Positions 1 through 7,267 of a stretch of 24,000 nt of DNA are shown here, in pieces; within the stretch, counting starts at the first letter, position 1; the number at the start of each line of letters is the position of its first letter. The notes below the pieces were generated by a model, which had not been told where the DNA came from, ran no database searches, and saw only the letters and a program-made list of their open reading frames with translations. Position numbers and translations under genes: made by a program. Source of the DNA: an uncultured Actinomycetes bacterium (GTDB lineage: Bacteria; Actinomycetota; Actinomycetes; S36-B12; CAIYMF01); the NCBI GenBank assembly GCA_963793175.1, contig CAWBYT010000013.1:1-24000 (forward strand), in the 5' to 3' direction.

Positions 1-866
1 GCCCTGTTCTTGGGCTCAGTTACGTATTGCTCCCGCCGAGGGACAGGTTAATCACGCTTGCCCCGGCGGCCACGGCCGAGTAGATGCCCTGAGCAACCGT
101 GTAGATGTCGATGTTGCCGTACCGGTCAGCGAGGATTCGGACCGGCAGGATGTCGACCTGGTTGGCCAACCCGGTCGCCCCCACCCCGTCAAGGGAGGCG
201 GCGATGATCCCCGCGACGTGCGTCCCGTGCCCGGCTACGTCGCCGGTCATCCCATCGGCGACGACTTCAATCTCGGGCCGCACCAGACCCACCAGGTCCG
301 GATGGGTTCCGTCCACGCCGGAGTCGACCACCGCGACGGTCACTTCCTGGGTGAGGTCCCATGCCTGTTCCGCGCCGATCGCCCCCAAAGCCCCCATTGG
401 TTGCCGCCCTCCGGCTCGGCAGCGAGCGCCCCAACCGACGCCAGCCCCTGGGCGGCCTCATACTCCGCCGGTAGGGCACCGGCAGCCTTGGCAACCGGTG
501 GAGCGAGCATTCGACAGGGTCAGGTGGGAGATCCACGACGCGATTCGCCGTAGCCTCGACCCCGGCCTTGGCAGCCAGTTCGCGGACCAGCCGATCGGCA
601 CCGGCCTGTGTCTCGGTCCGCACCTTGCGAACCACCGGTCCAGCCGAAGCGTCGACGACCACGAACGACCTCCCGGTCCGCCGAGCCAAGGTTCGAGTCG
701 TTGGCGGTGACGTCCGTGGCCGACACGGGCAGCGCCAAGCCGGGGAGGGGGGACTCAGCCCATCGCCGCCTCGCCGACCTCGGTCACAGCCAGCGCGGCC
801 AGCAGCGCGACCGATATCCCGAGCGCGAGGGGGCGCCGGAGTGCCGCTCCGGTGAGCCCCTTCATG
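1..866 (-). pseudogene. Subtilisin-like (S8) serine protease, N-terminal two thirds. The frame is broken several times and the gene runs off the left edge.
   Basis: ORF 20..397 carries the Asp box VAVVDSGVD, the His box HGTHVAGI and NLSLGG. Upstream pieces in other frames give the typical QWGL / IGAEQAW junction, an I9-like propeptide (FVVVDASAGPVVRKVRTETQAGADRLVRELAAKAGVE) and a signal peptide MKGLTGAALRRPLALGISVALLAALAV from ATG 866. An in-frame TAA at 20-22 precedes the expected catalytic Ser region. At least 4 frame changes, near 760, 665, 515 and 395. Confidence 0.75.
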
Positions 867-902
867 TCGCACCCACCCGTGCCCGACCCAGCGGCCCTCG
901 CT

Positions 903-2103
903 CTACTTCTTCAGGTACACGGCGGACGACGTCCCACCCGCGTAGCCGTACTTGGCGTCCACGACCGCGCCAGGGGTGGGTGCCCTTGCGCAGATTGATG
1001 GTGCGGGTCTCCTTCTTCCCTTGGTCCTGTACGTCCTTACATCATCCAGGAGCCGTCGGGTTGCTGCTTCTGGACCTGGAACGTCCAGTACCCCTTGCCC
1101 TTGTTCGGAGAGACGTCGACGTAGAGCTTGGACTTACCGCTCTTGGCCTTCGCGGACACAGCCACGGTGGGTGCCGGTGCCGGTGCCGGTGCCGGTGCTG
1201 GGGCGGGTGCCGGCGCAGGTGCGGGGACGGGTGCCGGAGCGGGGCGGGTGCCGGAGCAGGGGCGGGTGCCAGGAGGGATACCGGAGCGCCGGTGAAGTCC
1301 TCCGGCGCGAAGTCCGATGCATCGTTGGTGGTGTCAACGAGCCCAAACGTGTATGGGCGGACGTCAGCCCCAAAGCCGTCCTGTCTCGACAGCGCGACGT
1401 ACCCATCCGCCGTGCGCAGCCAAACAGCCGTGAACCCCGTGGGCACCACGTCATCCCCGGATGGCACGAAGACCGGCGTCTCGAACAACTGGTCCGCGGT
1501 GAAGTAGCCGTAGGGGGTGAACGTGACCAAGTCGGTCTGCCCGTCGCCATTGGCGTCGATCATGACCGCCGCATAATCCTCACCGTAGGTCGCCGAGTCG
1601 GTGATCCCGACGAAGTACACGTGGTTCGGGTCGCTCCTAGGGACCTGCATTGCTGACCCGACCACCGGGAACCTGCGGGGGAGTCACCGAGAGAAGACAT
1701 CCTCGTGGATATCGAGCACGATGGAGTCTGCGTCTTGGCACCACCTCCAGCGTGGCGACCGCGTCGGGAGCCTCCGTCGCGCGCTCGAGGGCGCCGAGCA
1801 TCTCGCCCGAGAGACCGCCGTCGCTCATCGGGTGGGCCGCGGCCAGCGACACGCCGGGGAACGACGCGACCAAGCAGATCGAGTCTCCGGGTGAGGACGC
1901 GGCGGCCGCGGTAGCCGCGAGCAGGTCCCCACGATCGCCAGGGCCACGACTGAAGCAACTACCGCGGACGATCGGGTCACGACGCGGCGGCCGGGGATGT
2001 TGCCGGTGCTGACATGCGGCGCCAGTTCGGACCTGGTCGAGTTCGCCAGCATGGCGCCGCGGATGCGCGCGGCGACGTGGAAATCCCCCGTTGGGTGTCC
2101 ATG
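903..2103 (-). pseudogene. Membrane-anchored or secreted protein of unknown function with an Ala-Pro linker, multiply frameshifted.
   Basis: ATG 2103 lies 6 nt after AAGGAAGG. A hydrophobic anchor follows (RRVVTRSSAVVASVVALAIVG). The central domain sits in ORF 1042..1665 (HVYFVGITDSATYGEDYAAVMIDANGDGQTDLVTF...). After the (AP)n linker comes a C-terminal module KSGKSKLYVDVSPNKGKGYWTFQVQKQQPDGSW ... KETRTINLRKGT ... AVVDAKYGYAGGTSSAVYLKK with a stop at 903-905. About 7 frame changes are needed. Linking the 1665-2103 part to the rest is less certain. Confidence 0.5.
1166..1275. repeat. Hexanucleotide (GTGCCG)x4-5 tract followed by recurring GGGTGCCGG units. On the minus strand it encodes the Ala-Pro linker.
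   Basis: gtgccg repeats directly at 1171-1194 with an imperfect unit at 1195-1200. gggtgccgg recurs four more times up to about 1270. The minus-strand translation is PAPAPVPAPAPAPAPAPAPAPAPAPT in one frame and HRHRHRHRH in the neighbouring frame. Confidence 0.85.
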
Positions 2104-2443
2104 TTTGCCTTCCTTGGGCTTAGGCCCGGCGACGCCGGGCGTCCAACTAGCGACGCCGAGTGGCCGATTCCAGCGCGAGGGCTGCGCATCGGTGCTTGCG
2201 GCGGCAAGCGCAAGTCGCGCTTCGTAATGGACATCCCCTGTTTCGGCCGGAAGGGCACAGGCCTTGAGTGTTGCCTTGCATCACATCGGATGTTGGCTCC
2301 TGTCAACACCGATCTCATCGCAAGTCAGCCCCGCAGGACAATCCCGTCATCAGGGCACGGGCTAGCCGGACCCGTGACATGACGGATGGACCCCGCAGCG
2401 CAGGCCTATCGATCTGTGGATACACGGATCCACGCCCGGGTCA

Positions 2444-3034
2444 TTCACCCTCGAGCGGACGGTGCTGGAGTACAAGCTCGGCGGGCGGGACATCAGCGAG
2501 GTGCTCGCGATGCGGCTACGGAAGCCCGCGACTTCTTCGACAACGGGGCGGCGCCGGTTCCGGGCGCACTGACGATCCTGGCCAGGCTTTCCGACGTGGG
2601 CCTGGGCTACCTGACGGTCGGCCAGCCGCTGACGACCCTGTCCGGTGGTGAGCGCCAGCGGCTCAACCTCGCCACCCAGATGGCCCCGAAGGGCGGCGTG
2701 TACATCCTCGACGAGCCGACCAGCGGCCTGCACCTGGCCGACGTCGAGCAAGCTTCTGGGACTGCTCGACCGGCTGGTCGACTCCGGCAAGTCGGTGATC
2801 GTCATCGAGCACCACCAGGCCGTGATGGCGCACGCGGACTGGATCGTCGACCTCGGCCCCGGCGCCGGTCACGACGGCGGCCGGGTGGTCTTCGAGGGCA
2901 CGCCGGCCGACCTGGTGACCGCCCGCACGACGCTCACCGGCGAGCACCTCGCAGCCTATGTGGGCGAGGGTCGCGATGAGCGCGCCCGGGTTGGCCTCGG
3001 GCTCTGGCCTACTCCTCAAATAGACGGGGCATGA
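2444..3034 (+). pseudogene. UvrA-family (excinuclease ABC subunit A or UvrA2-like) C-terminal ABC ATPase fragment. It is 5'-truncated or degraded and has two frame changes.
   Basis: [23 protein letters not shown] / ATEARDFF / [29 protein letters not shown] (ABC signature) / [12 protein letters not shown] (Walker B) / [54 protein letters not shown]. The pieces lie in frames 2, 1, 2, with switches near 2513 and 2750. No recognisable N-terminal ABC domain lies upstream. Confidence 0.8.
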
Positions 3035-3112
3035 CGGGCCACGACTCAACTGGACGGGTTCTTCCGTTGGGGTGGGGCTTCGGTGGCGGTGCCCCGCCCC
3101 TGCAAAGGCACT

Positions 3113-3142
3113 CAGGGGCTGCCCCAGTCGGGGCGGCCCCTG
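3113..3142. terminator. GC-rich hairpin between convergent genes; possible bidirectional terminator.
   Basis: caggggctgcccc-agtc-ggggcggcccctg forms a 13-bp stem with one U-G (or A-C) position and a 4-nt loop. It lies between the UvrA-fragment stop (3034) and the SipW stop (3240). Only short T-containing tails flank it. Confidence 0.4.
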
Positions 3143-3239
3143 AGCTTGCAATTTGTGCCTAGCGAACGATCGGGTCTGCTCTGATTCCACCAGGATCCGT
3201 TGGGACCTGTTGACCCTCGACGGAACTTCGCGACATCTC

Positions 3240-3734
3240 TCAGGCTGTCTGTCTCGGGCGCCCCCCGTAGAAGAGCGACCATGCGAACCAGATGCTGGCT
3301 GACGAGAGGATCAGGCTCAGCACGCCTGTGAGTTGGGAGAGGTAGACGAGGGCGTAACCGCCGTTGGGCACCACGCCCACGACCTCCCCAACGACATCCT
3401 CCTCCGTCACCGGGTGGATGTCCGGGGTCCGGTTGGCGTCGCCCTTGGTGCACGATCCTTCGCCGTCCTGCTGGTAGACCCTGTGCGTGACGACCGGGTC
3501 CGAGTTCGGGCTCGTGGGCACCTGGAAGGTGACCACCTCGCCCTTTGCGTACGGGCCGACGGCCGGTGCGTCCAGGATGAGGTCGCCGGGCGACAGGCTC
3601 GGGGTCATCGAGCCGGTGCGCACTGCGTAGACCCGGTACCCCTCATGCCAGGCCAAGCCGCCGGCCAGCAGGCCGGCTGCGAGGGCTGCGGCCGAGACTC
3701 CCAGGAGGAGCCGTGCCACCCAGCGAGCTCCCAT
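3240..3734 (-). CDS. sipW: Signal peptidase I, SipW / archaeal type (S26B).
   Basis: Intact 164-aa ORF from ATG 3734. It has an N-terminal TM (WVARLLLGVSAAALAAGLLAGGLAW), the catalytic-Ser motif RTGSMTPSLSPGDLIL, the conserved TKGDAN motif and a C-terminal TM. Its ATG overlaps the stop of the upstream TasA-like gene (TGATG). Confidence 0.85.
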   Translation of the reverse strand: MGARWVARLLLGVSAAALAAGLLAGGLAWHEGYRVYAVRTGSMTPSLSPGDLILDAPAVGPYAKGEVVTFQVPTSPNSDPVVTHRVYQQDGEGSCTKGDANRTPDIHPVTEEDVVGEVVGVVPNGGYALVYLSQLTGVLSLILSSASIWFAWSLFYGGRPRQTA

Positions 3735-4416
3735 CAGTGATCGGGGTACCGGGAGCGATGCCGACCTGCGTGGCGACCAGGTTGTAGCGCAGCGACAGAA
3801 CGGGGATCTTCGGGCGTCTTCGTTGGGGCGGTGGTGCCGGCCAGGTCGGTGGTTGAGGAACTCGACTGACGGCTTGAACGAGAATGTGAAGTTCCCCGGC
3901 GTGGCCCGACTCCAGCGCGTCGGCAAGCTTGATCATCTTTGGCAACGGGTAGATCGTGGCAGCGCCGTTGATCCCTGGAGTTCCGGGCGCCCACGTTGTC
4001 GGTCAGGTTCTGGCTGGCGAACCTCTCGGTGCCATTGCTGGCGACGTGAGACCTGACGAACGTAGCCACCGAGGGAATTGATCCCCGTCGTGCCCTGTAC
4101 CGTCGCCGAGGTCCTGCTTATTGAAGACGATCCAGACGTCCTGATCGTTGGTGACCGGTGTTCTCGTAGCGACAAGCGTCTGCGCTCTTCGCCTCGCCGG
4201 GGAGCATGTGGGTGAGGAGGACGGTGCTGAGGCTGTTCGGCCCGGTGCCGTCGTAACCCCTGATCGCGATCGTGCCCATCTCGCCGGTGATGCTGTTGCC
4301 GGCCTTCGTGTCGGAGAAGTACGCGCCAGTACCAGTGCCACGATCAGGGCCGCTGAGGCGGCGATGGTGGCGATGAAGCCGGTTGCCTTGAGGGCGCGGC
4401 TGCTTGGCTTGTTCAT
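3734..4416 (-). pseudogene. TasA/camelysin-family exported protein with a SipW-cognate type signal peptide, heavily frameshifted.
   Basis: ATG 4416 lies 10 nt after GGAAGGGG. The signal is MNKPSSRALKATGFIATIAASAALIV, followed by the family hallmark GTGAYFSDTKAGNSITGEMGTIAI. Later pieces are NDQDVWIVFNKQDLGDG, INSLGGY, VRSHVASNGTERFASQNLTDNVGA, PGTPGINGAATIYPLPKMIKLADALESGHAG, NFTFSFKPSVEFLN, DLAGTTAPTKTPEDP and IPVLSLRYNLVATQ. They are spread over ORFs 4003..4416, 4118..4486, 3933..4175, 3734..4069, 3643..3945 and 3240..3926, which implies about 9 frame changes. Confidence 0.7.
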
Positions 4417-4819
4417 GTCGATGGATCCCCTTCCGGGGGTTGTCGAGTGTCGAGTCCCCGCTGTTTGCGCGACCCGGCGTAGTCACCGCGGTCGTCTGGT
4501 TGGCAGATTTCCGCGGGTCGATTGGCCGGAGGCGCTCAGCGCGTCACCGACCCTGCTCGACGAAGCGGGTCCACGAAAGGTTTCGTCTTGCCGCAACGAT
4601 GTTGTACCCCTGACCAACTGCCTCCAAACCTCGACAAGAAGGCACTCTGCCTCGACGGCGCGCGTGGCAGGTCGCTTTGGACGCGCAGCCTTTGCTCCTC
4701 GTCGAGGGCGGGCACGTTCAAGCCGGCTTGCTTGGCCACGCCCCCGTCCCCGTCACTCGTGTGCGGACCCTTGTGCTCCGAGTGGGCCCGGACGTGTGCA
4801 CGCTCGAGTTGGTGCAGGT

Positions 4820-5650
4820 TCAGGGCAGGCGCGCGGACGACCCCGTGAAGAAGGCGAGCAACGGCTCCGTCAGGCGCGGGGGCGCAATGTTGGCCGTGTT
4901 GTGCGATGCGCGGGGGATCTCCAGGGCCCGGCCATCGGGCAGGACTCCGGCAAGCGCGTGGCTGATGTCCTTGAAGTACTGGGAGCTGCGCGACCCGTAC
5001 GTCAGCAGGACCGCCGCCCGGATCGTCGAGTACTCGGAGGCAGGGGCCTGGTGATCCAGGATGCGGCGCACCTCGGGACTCAGGGTGGGGAGCAGCTCCA
5101 CCATCTGCTTGCCCGGAGGGATGTGCAGGAACGCCCGGACACCCAGCTTCTGCAGCCAGTGCGGCATCCGCGCGGCCGCCGTCTCGGGGTGGATCCTCCC
5201 TGCCTGGACGAACGTCTCGACGAGGTCCCCCGAGGCGACCGCTTTGTCGAACGGGTCGATGAATCCCCGCGGGAAGTCCACATCGTCCAGGGCTATCGCG
5301 CCGTCGTAGGTGGCGATTCGGTCAAGAGGCAGGGTGAGTCCCGCCCGCAGCGCGACGAACCCGCCCCCGCTATGGCCGAAGATGCTGCGCGCACCCGTGT
5401 GTGCCAGGACGGCGGCGAGGTCGTCGAGGTCGGTCTGGGCCGTCTCGGTTCCGGTCAGCGCTGCCGAATCGCGCCGGCCACGCCGATTGAACAAGTGCAC
5501 GGTGAGGTGCGTCGCGAGGCGATCGGCCAGGCGTCGGTAGTCACGGACGCTGACGCCGGCACCGTGGAGCACCACCAGCCCGGGGCCGGTGCCGACGGAG
5601 TGGATGGTGATCCGGGTGCCGTCGCTCGATGTGATCTGGTCGGTGTGCAT
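4820..5650 (-). CDS. Alpha/beta hydrolase.
   Basis: Intact 276-aa ORF with an AAGGAG Shine-Dalgarno 8 nt before ATG 5650. It has an HG oxyanion region (VVLHGAG) and a nucleophile elbow GHSGGG. Confidence 0.85.
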   Translation of the reverse strand: MHTDQITSSDGTRITIHSVGTGPGLVVLHGAGVSVRDYRRLADRLATHLTVHLFNRRGRRDSAALTGTETAQTDLDDLAAVLAHTGARSIFGHSGGGFVALRAGLTLPLDRIATYDGAIALDDVDFPRGFIDPFDKAVASGDLVETFVQAGRIHPETAAARMPHWLQKLGVRAFLHIPPGKQMVELLPTLSPEVRRILDHQAPASEYSTIRAAVLLTYGSRSSQYFKDISHALAGVLPDGRALEIPRASHNTANIAPPRLTEPLLAFFTGSSARLP

Positions 5651-5667
5651 AGCCTCGACTCCTTACC

Positions 5668-5682
5668 GCGAACGACGTTAGC
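5668..5682. promoter_or_regulatory. Small imperfect palindrome in the 48-bp hydrolase/TetR divergent intergenic region; candidate TetR operator.
   Basis: GCGAACG-A-CGTTAGC has 7-nt arms with one mismatch and a perfect core AACGnCGTT at 5671-5679. Confidence 0.3.
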
Positions 5683-5698
5683 AGTTTATCCTCCGGGC

Positions 5699-6370
5699 AT
5701 GTCGCATGTCAGCCAGCAGACGATCTGGAACCGGCCGGTGCGCGGCACGCGTGGGCCGCGCGGAGAGCTCACCCGTGACCAGATCGCAGCCACCGCGATC
5801 GGGCTCGCGGACGGGACGGGTCTTCCTTCGGTCACGATGCGCGCACTGGCCGACGTCCTGGGAGTCAGTGCCGGCGGGCTCTACCGGTACGTTCGGGGCC
5901 GGGACGAGCTGCTCGCGCTGATGGCCGATGCGGCGCTGGCGGACCTGAGGTTCCCGACCCCGGCAGGCGATTGGGAGCAGGAGCTGCTGTTCGTGGCGCG
6001 CGATCTCCTGCGCGTCCACCTCGCGCACCCCTGGCTCGTGGTGGTCGGGACGGTATCGGGCCCCATCGGGCCCAAAGCCCTGCGCTGCTTCGACCGGTGC
6101 CTGGAGATCCTCGCCGCCCTGCCCGCCGGCAACGCCGCCAAGATGGAGGCACTCGCCATGCTCTTCGGAGTCGTGACCTTGTTCGCACAGGCGGGCACCC
6201 GCGAGCCCGTCGACGCCGGCACGCTGTTCAGCGCGCTCGATCCCGAGGCCCATCCGCACCTCGCGGCGGTGCTCGGCGCCAGCGGGCGGTCCGCCTCGGA
6301 TACGGACCTCTTCGACCGGACGATCCGCAGCCTGCTTCGCGGTCTGCTCACACCGGATCCGGTGGCTTAG
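5699..6370 (+). CDS. TetR/AcrR family transcriptional regulator.
   Basis: Starts at ATG 5699 (MSHVSQQ...). The HTH region is LTRDQIAATAIGLADGTGLPSVTMRALADVLGVSAGGLYRYVRGRDELL. It forms the in-frame tail of the long ORF 4148..6370 and is divergent from the hydrolase. Confidence 0.9.
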   Translation: MSHVSQQTIWNRPVRGTRGPRGELTRDQIAATAIGLADGTGLPSVTMRALADVLGVSAGGLYRYVRGRDELLALMADAALADLRFPTPAGDWEQELLFVARDLLRVHLAHPWLVVVGTVSGPIGPKALRCFDRCLEILAALPAGNAAKMEALAMLFGVVTLFAQAGTREPVDAGTLFSALDPEAHPHLAAVLGASGRSASDTDLFDRTIRSLLRGLLTPDPVA

Positions 6371-7077
6371 CCCTCCGGGTCGTCGGGCCAGAGCGACTCG
6401 ACCATGTTCAACAGCACCGTACGCGTCGTCTGCGGACCCGCGGCGGGCGGCTCGGGCCCGGAACGGGTGGCTGGCTCGCCCGGTCCCGGGGCGGGGGCCT
6501 TGCTGAGCCCGCGGGCGGCGGCCTTGATCGCCATGCCCTTCGTGGTCTCCTCGGACGCCTTCTTGAGCCACTGCTTGGCCTGCTCCTCGGCCACCTGGGC
6601 CTTGTCCTTCGCCTGGGCGGCGTCGGCCTTCGCCGACTGTGCCTCCGAGCGGTGCACCTCGCGACCGAACAGCCAGCCGACCGAGGCGAACACGATCGCC
6701 TGCACCCCGCCGAGCAGGTAGACCCGACGGGTCCAGACCGTCTCGTTCGCGTGCTCGGCGTCGAACATCATGACGACCACCAGGGCGGCGAAGCCGAGCA
6801 GGGCGATCACAGTCACGATGAGTCGCAGCCGGCTCGCAGCGTCGTCGTCGGGATCGGGCGGCGGGCGCGGTGGCGACGGGCGTTGTGACGGGCGTGCTGT
6901 CGGCGGGGCGCGAAAGGTCGTGGGACGGGCCTGCCGTCGGCCGGGCTGGTCTCGTTGGTGGACATGGGCGATCACCTCTCGCTCGTTCGTACGCGGCCGA
7001 CCGCCCGAGGCCGGCGTCGCCCCCAGTGTCCACCCGCCCCGGGCGACCACCAGACGGATCACGGGGCGCGCGTGCAT
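6367..7077 (-). CDS. Two-TM membrane protein with a Pro-rich N-terminus and a Lys/Ala/Gln-rich coiled-coil-like C-terminus; function unknown.
   Basis: Hydrophobic helices LIVTVIALLGFAALVVVMMF and VYLLGGVQAIVFASVGWLF are followed by AQSAKADAAQAKDKAQVAEEQAKQWLKKASEETTKG. The start is uncertain. ATG 6965 has GAGAGG 9 nt upstream but sits one frame off, which would imply a frameshift near 6900. Otherwise the start is ATG 7077. Confidence 0.55.
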   Translation of the reverse strand: MHARPVIRLVVARGGWTLGATPASGGRPRTNEREVIAHVHQRDQPGRRQARPTTFRAPPTARPSQRPSPPRPPPDPDDDAASRLRLIVTVIALLGFAALVVVMMFDAEHANETVWTRRVYLLGGVQAIVFASVGWLFGREVHRSEAQSAKADAAQAKDKAQVAEEQAKQWLKKASEETTKGMAIKAAARGLSKAPAPGPGEPATRSGPEPPAAGPQTTRTVLLNMVESLWPDDPEG

Positions 7078-7267
7078 GGGACCGATTCACAGGTGGTTGA
7101 CGCTCGGCGGCAGGCCGCGGCGCACGCGCAGGGTACCGATAGCCGGCCGCGGACCGGGATCCCGCGAGCGCCCCGGCAACGCAAGCACCCACGCGTGTCG
7201 GCCTGGCGAACGCCTACCCTCGGGACATGACCGATCCGGCCGCGATCGACCGGCGCCGGACGGTTGG

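Noticed and set aside
1166-1275. Short tandem repeats considered as a CRISPR array or a phase-variation switch.
   Set aside because: There is no repeat-spacer organisation. The units are multiples of 3 nt, so copy-number change keeps the frame. The tract is a coding Ala-Pro linker.
2104-2330. Possible riboswitch in the roughly 230-nt leader of the gene starting at 2103. The minus strand contains GGAATCGGCCACTC, reminiscent of a cobalamin B12-box region.
   Set aside because: The conserved core around GCCACTG and the other expected conserved stems are absent. It also does not match what I recall of the ydaO-type consensus. A nearby TTGACA has no acceptable -10 element at proper spacing.
4536-4739. 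67-aa minus-strand ORF (MAKQAGLNVPALDEEQRLRVQSDL...) as a real small gene.
   Set aside because: It has no Shine-Dalgarno and no recognisable family. The second half is Arg/Ser/Gly-rich and looks non-coding. It is kept only as part of the unassigned-region finding.
6367-6370. A 4-nt overlap of the convergent stop codons of the TetR gene (TAG 6368-6370) and the membrane protein gene (TAA 6367-6369), with no intergenic terminator.
   Set aside because: This is real in the sequence but common in compact GC-rich genomes. It is not informative on its own.
5678-7192. Long 504-aa minus-strand ORF. Similar long ORFs occur at 15580..17727 (+), 10355..11887 (-), 10798..12444 (+), 12642..14144 (+), 12727..13950 (-) and 21931..23241 (+).
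   Set aside because: Their translations are Arg/Pro/Gly-rich with no family-like motifs. They lie antisense or out of frame to genes with clear motifs, as expected for shadow ORFs in very GC-rich DNA.
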